From NCBI GenBank assembly GCA_963778655.1, contig CAVZVA010000002.1:96001-160000 (forward strand): DNA of 64,000 bases, written 5' to 3'. Numbering within the stretch: the first letter of the stretch is position 1; every line of letters starts with the position of its first letter. This DNA comes from an uncultured delta proteobacterium. Lineage in GTDB: Bacteria > Myxococcota_A > Polyangia > Polyangiales > JAFGIB01. Under the pieces are notes generated by a model. It did not search any database. It saw only the letters and a program-made list of their open reading frames with translations, and was not told the DNA's origin. Shown piece after piece: positions 60,201 through 64,000 of this stretch. The translations under genes were made by a program, and so were the position numbers.

Positions 60201-61300
60201 CGGCCGAGCGCGTGCGCGCCGGCATACGGGCGGTCGAGCGCTTCGGCGTCGACGCACAGCACGGTCGCGCCGCGCAGCCTCGCCTCGAGCGCGATTTCGC
60301 GCAGCACGCGCGTCTTGCCGCTGCCGGCTACGCCTTCGAGCAGCAGCACGCCGCCGTGGCCGCGCGCCAGCTCGGCGACCGCCTGCGCGGCGAAGCCGAG
60401 CTCGCGCCGGCGCCCCACCAGCGGCGCGCTCGCCAGATAGCTCTCGGCCAGCGCCAGCTCTTCGCGCAGCTCGCCCGCCGCCTCGCCGGCCAGGATCACG
60501 TCCAAGCGATCGATCACCGCGCCCGCGCTGGTCGGACGCGCCAGGCTGTCCACGCGCAACAGCCGCAACACCAAGTCGTCGAGCTCGCGCGGCAGCGCGG
60601 GCAGCGCGCGGCCGTGGCGGTCGCTTTCGGGCATGCGCTGCGAGGGCGGCGGCAGCGGCTGCGCCCAGTACGCGGGCAGCTGCAGCGGGTCGCCCGCGGG
60701 ATAGGCCTGGCGGCCGGTCAGCATGAAGTACGCGAGCGCGCCCAACGCATAGAGATCAGCGCGCTGATCGAGCGGCGCGCCCTCCAGCGCCTCGGGCGGA
60801 ATGCACGGGGGCGTGCCGACCGCGTCGCCCTTGTCGCCGAAGGCCGCGAGCAAGCCGAAGTCGAAGAGCTTGCAGCTGCCGTCGCCGACCACGCGCACGT
60901 TGCGCGGCGTGACGTCGCGGTGCACCAGCCGCCGCGCGTGCAGCAGGGCGAGCGAGGCGGCGATCTCGCGCAGGTAGCGGCAGGCCTGGGGATAGGGCAG
61001 CGGGGAGAGCTCGCGCATGTCCGCGCCCTCGAGCAACTCCATCACGTAGTAGGGGCCTTGCGCGTCGGTGCCGTAGTCGTACGCGGTGACGATGTGCGGG
61101 TGGGCGAGCTCGACCAGGGTGCGGTACTCGCGCTCGAACAGCGCGCGCCGGCGCTCGCGCTGCGGCGCCTCGCTGCGCACTTCCAGCCGCTTGAACGCGA
61201 CCGTGCGCTGCAGCGAGCGATCGCGCGCGCGGTACACCGCGCCCATGCCGCCCCGGCCCAGCTCCTCGCCCAACTCGTATCGCCCCGCGACCAACGACAT
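57239..61300 (-). CDS. Ser/Thr kinase + AAA/STAND ATPase + TPR-like protein
   Basis: LGRGGMG, HRDVTPRN, DFG; GVAGSGKT, LLDNV, TAGNP. Confidence 0.9.
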   Translation of the reverse strand: MSLVAGRYELGEELGRGGMGAVYRARDRSLQRTVAFKRLEVRSEAPQRERRRALFEREYRTLVELAHPHIVTAYDYGTDAQGPYYVMELLEGADMRELSPLPYPQACRYLREIAASLALLHARRLVHRDVTPRNVRVVGDGSCKLFDFGLLAAFGDKGDAVGTPPCIPPEALEGAPLDQRADLYALGALAYFMLTGRQAYPAGDPLQLPAYWAQPLPPPSQRMPESDRHGRALPALPRELDDLVLRLLRVDSLARPTSAGAVIDRLDVILAGEAAGELREELALAESYLASAPLVGRRRELGFAAQAVAELARGHGGVLLLEGVAGSGKTRVLREIALEARLRGATVLCVDAEALDRPYAGAHALGRQLLEVAPLEALASARAQAPLLAHVVPELADALGDVTPAPRPADPVSWRTQIQAALRGWLLDLSRRRPLLVLLDNVQRCDDPSAVLLAALALEARNHPLAVVATARSGDDAASPAALSSLRQVVRRSTLGGLSAKHLHAWVDSVFGETPNLSRLSRFLHQRTAGNPSHCMELLRLMVSRRDIRYRDGTWVLPTEPSALELPSRVEEAMCDRLQHLSGEALELAQALSLYRGGLSLEVCRKLWGEHEHDGAALCAALGELVAHEVLSAGDAGYRFRHEALRDALVGQIDDARKALLHLRVAEAILARGRLYVSERADAALHLLQAGDERGARILGEVGISQAMGKQPVAGCTRTLEAALALYREQARGPYDQAALLAPLGLAAYMVDRRLESHTDAIVACFAQVSGLGLAARMRPLLGKRLATLIGLGVGALRHACQPRQSRHCSFRELMQAFVGALLALCGKAAVCLDGPTIDRLAAVLEPLALLGKHSATKFAYDYCRGLSLVTRDRYARTYAHFLDLERRLQAPGSMSDLPQEARQLWQGGVDYVLGVFESFRGDSGALERAARLEQTGLDVHELIAAQLRLQYHGFRGETEQVRAAFEQVEARAIQTGYAWQVETWAAIAINLFGGLWNDVILTKRSLDETERLRHEIPTLDRYARSSRATYLLQRGDPRECIEVYLPVLAQEAPLQRIGWSVSSGLMAEAHNQLGEHARAREICERVLAAADPEDGAYYAFRLPVELPLCYALAGLGEHARAKAYLAELFGRYEATGSPLALGMLHEATARIAFARGDRKTFTLQLQQVERLFRPLGNPTLIARFRNLTELGGSEGGVAVSIASMRELKAFQAALAPIDERKRLARYILSWVMERHEGFVAYLFVVDASGPVVLAATSALDPRPDVVEMVRRSLASLGKGDGEDTTLCGTEAATTSDEHGSAHTYLLSYLDAGKFHGEGALVLVGRSPAPPRIRYELLQSAAQHLRRLRPTGL

Positions 61301-61452
61301 ACGCGCAGCGCAGGGCTCCTGCGAGTCCTGCTATACTGCATTATTGCATTTTGGCCGCAATCCGAGCAACCGCGCGGCATCCCCGTCTGGGAGCGCCTGT
61401 AGAGCGCCCCGGCGTGCTCGACGCCGCAGGACAAGTCACGAAAATGACTGCG

Positions 61453-63342
61453 TTATCCAGCGGGGTCCGAGGCGCGTGGGGACGTGGCTCGCTGACTGAA
61501 GTGCGGGACGGCCGGAGCCGGGAGGCGCAGCCGCTGGCCGACCGCGGGCATCCGCACCCGGCGCAGGCCGTCCTCACGCGGATAGAGGAAGAGGTAGCCC
61601 GGGTCGTCGAGGGGAAGGGCGAAGGTGAAACGCAGGCGCGTGGGCTGGCCGCCGGCCGCGGCCAGGATCTCGACGCGGAAGCCCGCGCCCGCGAAGCGCT
61701 GGCCGGGACGCAAGGGCGCGACCTCGGGCCGATACACCGAGCCGCTGAAGGTGGCGGGCACGGGCGCGCCTTCGATGCGCAGCTCGAGCACGCGCGCTGC
61801 GCGTCGCAGCAGCACGTGCGGGTTGTCGAAGGCCGCGCTCAGCAGCGCGCTGCGCTCGGGCATGGGATGGCCGTGCAAGTGGCGCGCGAACGGCAGCGCC
61901 CATTGCGAGGGCCAATCGCGCCCCGCGATCACGAACACCTGCTGCCCTGCGATCTTCGCGTCGTCGATCTCGGCGTGCTCCACCCAATCGTCCTCGACGC
62001 GCGAGAGATAGGCGTAGTAACCGACATCGCGCCGCGCCCGCACGCCGGCGTACACCAAGTGCACGAAGATCAGCGGCAGCGCCAACAGCGCAAAGCCGAG
62101 TCTCGCCGGCCAGCGCCGCGGCAGACCGCGCTGCAGCGCCGCGCCCACTGCAGCGCAGAGCAGCAGCGCGAGCATTGCATCGATCCCGATCGCCGCGCCC
62201 AGGCAGAGCCGACTCATCGGCAGCGTGCTGCACATCGGCAGAATCGAGAGCAAGCCACCGAGCAGCAGCCAGCGCGCGCCCGGCGCGCGCGCGCGAAGCG
62301 GTGCGCGCCCCAGCACCCACAGCAGGCCGAGTGCCACCACGCCGGCCGCGACTCCGGCGCCGAGCTGCAGGCGCTGCAGGCTCGAGAGCGCAAGCCAGCG
62401 CGGCGGCAGCAGATCCTGCTTGAGCAACCACTCGCGCCACGGCGGGCCCGCGTACTCCCATTCGGCGCCCAGCCCGAACAGCAGATCGCCGAGCAGCAGC
62501 GGCAGGCGGGTCATGGCCGCGGCGGCGTAGCGCAGCGGCGTGGTCAGCGGGTCGATGTAGAAGCCCGAGCCCGCGATGCCGTAGCCGAGCCCGGCGCGCA
62601 CCAGCAGATAGGTCGTGCCCAGCGCCGCCACCGGCAGCAGCGCGCGCAAGCGCGCGGTTAGCGCGCCGCGCATCCCCCACAGCTCGAAGGCGGCAAAGTA
62701 CGCCAGCCCGGCAAAGGCGTGCTCGCCGGCCAGCAGAGCCAGCGCGACGAGCAGAAGCGAGAGCGCGCGCCCGCGGCGCAGCGTGCCCTGGCGCGCGGCC
62801 ACGTGCGCCCACAGCCCCCAGCAGCACAGCGCCACCGCGACGATCGCGCTGCGGTTGGCGATCCAGGACAGCGGCAGGCCGTGGGCCTCGTCGAGCGCAT
62901 AGATCAGCACGCCGAGCGCGGCCACCGGCAGCGGCAGTGTGCTGCGGAGCAGCGCCGCGACGCCTGCGAGCAGCACCACCCACCACAGCATCGAGTGCAG
63001 ATGAAAGCCCCACGGGCTCGCGCCCGAGAGCCAGAAGTCGAAGGCGATCAGCGCGCTGGCGAGCGGCCGCAACACCGCCAGGTGAACGCCCGGGTAGGTC
63101 CACCACGGCAGCCGGCCCGACCGCAACAGCGGCGCGTGCTCGGCCGGTCCCTCGCCGACGAAGTCGAACATGTCGAAGGGACCGCGCGAAAGCGGATAGA
63201 TCCCGGCGTGCATCGCGTAGTGGTCGTAGTCGTCGGCGAAGAACGCTCCATCGAGCGCGTGCCAGCGCAGCCCGAGCCCGAGGACGATGGCGAGGCTCAC
63301 CCACGCGAGATAGAAGGTGTGTTTGGTTACCGGGAGAGTCAC
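61453..63342 (-). CDS. Polytopic membrane protein, GT-C glycosyltransferase-like
   Basis: FFADDY after TM1, LRPL, WIANR, AGE; many TM segments. Confidence 0.7.
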   Translation of the reverse strand: MTLPVTKHTFYLAWVSLAIVLGLGLRWHALDGAFFADDYDHYAMHAGIYPLSRGPFDMFDFVGEGPAEHAPLLRSGRLPWWTYPGVHLAVLRPLASALIAFDFWLSGASPWGFHLHSMLWWVVLLAGVAALLRSTLPLPVAALGVLIYALDEAHGLPLSWIANRSAIVAVALCCWGLWAHVAARQGTLRRGRALSLLLVALALLAGEHAFAGLAYFAAFELWGMRGALTARLRALLPVAALGTTYLLVRAGLGYGIAGSGFYIDPLTTPLRYAAAAMTRLPLLLGDLLFGLGAEWEYAGPPWREWLLKQDLLPPRWLALSSLQRLQLGAGVAAGVVALGLLWVLGRAPLRARAPGARWLLLGGLLSILPMCSTLPMSRLCLGAAIGIDAMLALLLCAAVGAALQRGLPRRWPARLGFALLALPLIFVHLVYAGVRARRDVGYYAYLSRVEDDWVEHAEIDDAKIAGQQVFVIAGRDWPSQWALPFARHLHGHPMPERSALLSAAFDNPHVLLRRAARVLELRIEGAPVPATFSGSVYRPEVAPLRPGQRFAGAGFRVEILAAAGGQPTRLRFTFALPLDDPGYLFLYPREDGLRRVRMPAVGQRLRLPAPAVPHFSQRATSPRASDPAG

Positions 63343-63489
63343 GCGACCTTCCCGCCCCTGGGCCCGAAGCGACCGCGGTCAAGCTGGCGGATGGCTTCGC
63401 TCCGGCTTCGAGACTCTCGGTTCATGAAGGGATCGCAGGATCGCGCTGCGCGGCCGCGCGGTGTAGGATAGCCGACTTCAGTGGCAACC

Positions 63490-64000
63490 ATGACCAGGGA
63501 GCTGCAGCGGATTGGGCCTCGCACCTACGCCGCGCTGGCGGCCTTGATCATCCTGGCGGGTCTTTGGGTGCGCCTGCCGGCGCTGCGTGCCGGCTTCACG
63601 GTCGACGACTTCGCGCAGCTGGCGATGATGAAGCACGTCTATCCGGTGCCGCGCGCTCCGCTCGAGCTGTTCACCTTCTCGGACGGCAGCGCGCGCGAGG
63701 ACGGTGCCTTGCGCGCCGCGGGCTTCTACCCCTGGTGGTCGCACGCGGGCCTTCGCATCTCGATGTTCCGCCCGCTGGCCAGCGCGTTGATGTGGCTCGA
63801 CCTCGGGCTGTTCGGCGACAACGCGCTCGCCTACCACCTGCACAGCGCGCTGTGGTGGCTGGCCATGGCAGCGGCCGCGGCGCTGCTGCTGCGCCGCGTG
63901 CTGCCGGCGTGGGCCGCGCTGCTCGCGCTGCTGCTGTTCTGCGCCGACGAGGCGCACGGCATGCTGCTGGGTTGGATCGCCAACCGCAATGCAATGGTCG
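63490..64000 (+). CDS. Paralogous GT-C-like membrane protein (partial)
   Basis: Hand translation: GFTVDDF...PWW...FRPLASAL...HLHSALWW...DEAHG...WIANR; runs off window. Confidence 0.75.
   Translation, partial: MTRELQRIGPRTYAALAALIILAGLWVRLPALRAGFTVDDFAQLAMMKHVYPVPRAPLELFTFSDGSAREDGALRAAGFYPWWSHAGLRISMFRPLASALMWLDLGLFGDNALAYHLHSALWWLAMAAAAALLLRRVLPAWAALLALLLFCADEAHGMLLGWIANRNAMV

Noticed and set aside
51186..63382. Long Arg/Ala-rich alternative-frame ORFs (e.g. 55206-58181, 58877-61402)
   Set aside because: They overlap well-supported genes and have low-complexity translations.

Overview
High-GC window, most consistent with a myxobacterium (Myxococcota; inferred from the Cys-rich repeat proteins, Ser/Thr kinases and RAYT type). 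It has three zones. (1) About 1-28 kb is a mobile, defence-like island with nested DDE transposons, two IS3 elements, split IS630 ends, a RAYT-like HUH transposase with 24-bp inverted repeats, and att-like 3' fragments of tRNA-Phe and tmRNA. Its cargo includes an IS-disrupted SIR2-STAND-TPR gene, two HEPN-like proteins, a KAP NTPase and a solitary type I-E CRISPR-like repeat. The most interesting cargo is a ubiquitin-like conjugation operon (Ubl, E2, JAB-E1 fusion) set back-to-back with a sigma-like / small acidic protein / ImmA-IrrE protease triad. Two outward-facing 18/21-identical boxes lie between the two operons. (2) 28.4-45.7 kb is a single ~5,765-aa lipoprotein-type adhesin/RHS polymorphic toxin with a candidate membrane immunity gene. 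(3) 46-64 kb looks like core genome: response regulator, two Ser/Thr kinases, P450, a LolA-like/ABC/outer-membrane operon and two divergent paralogous polytopic membrane proteins. All calls come from reading motifs by eye; no searches were run.
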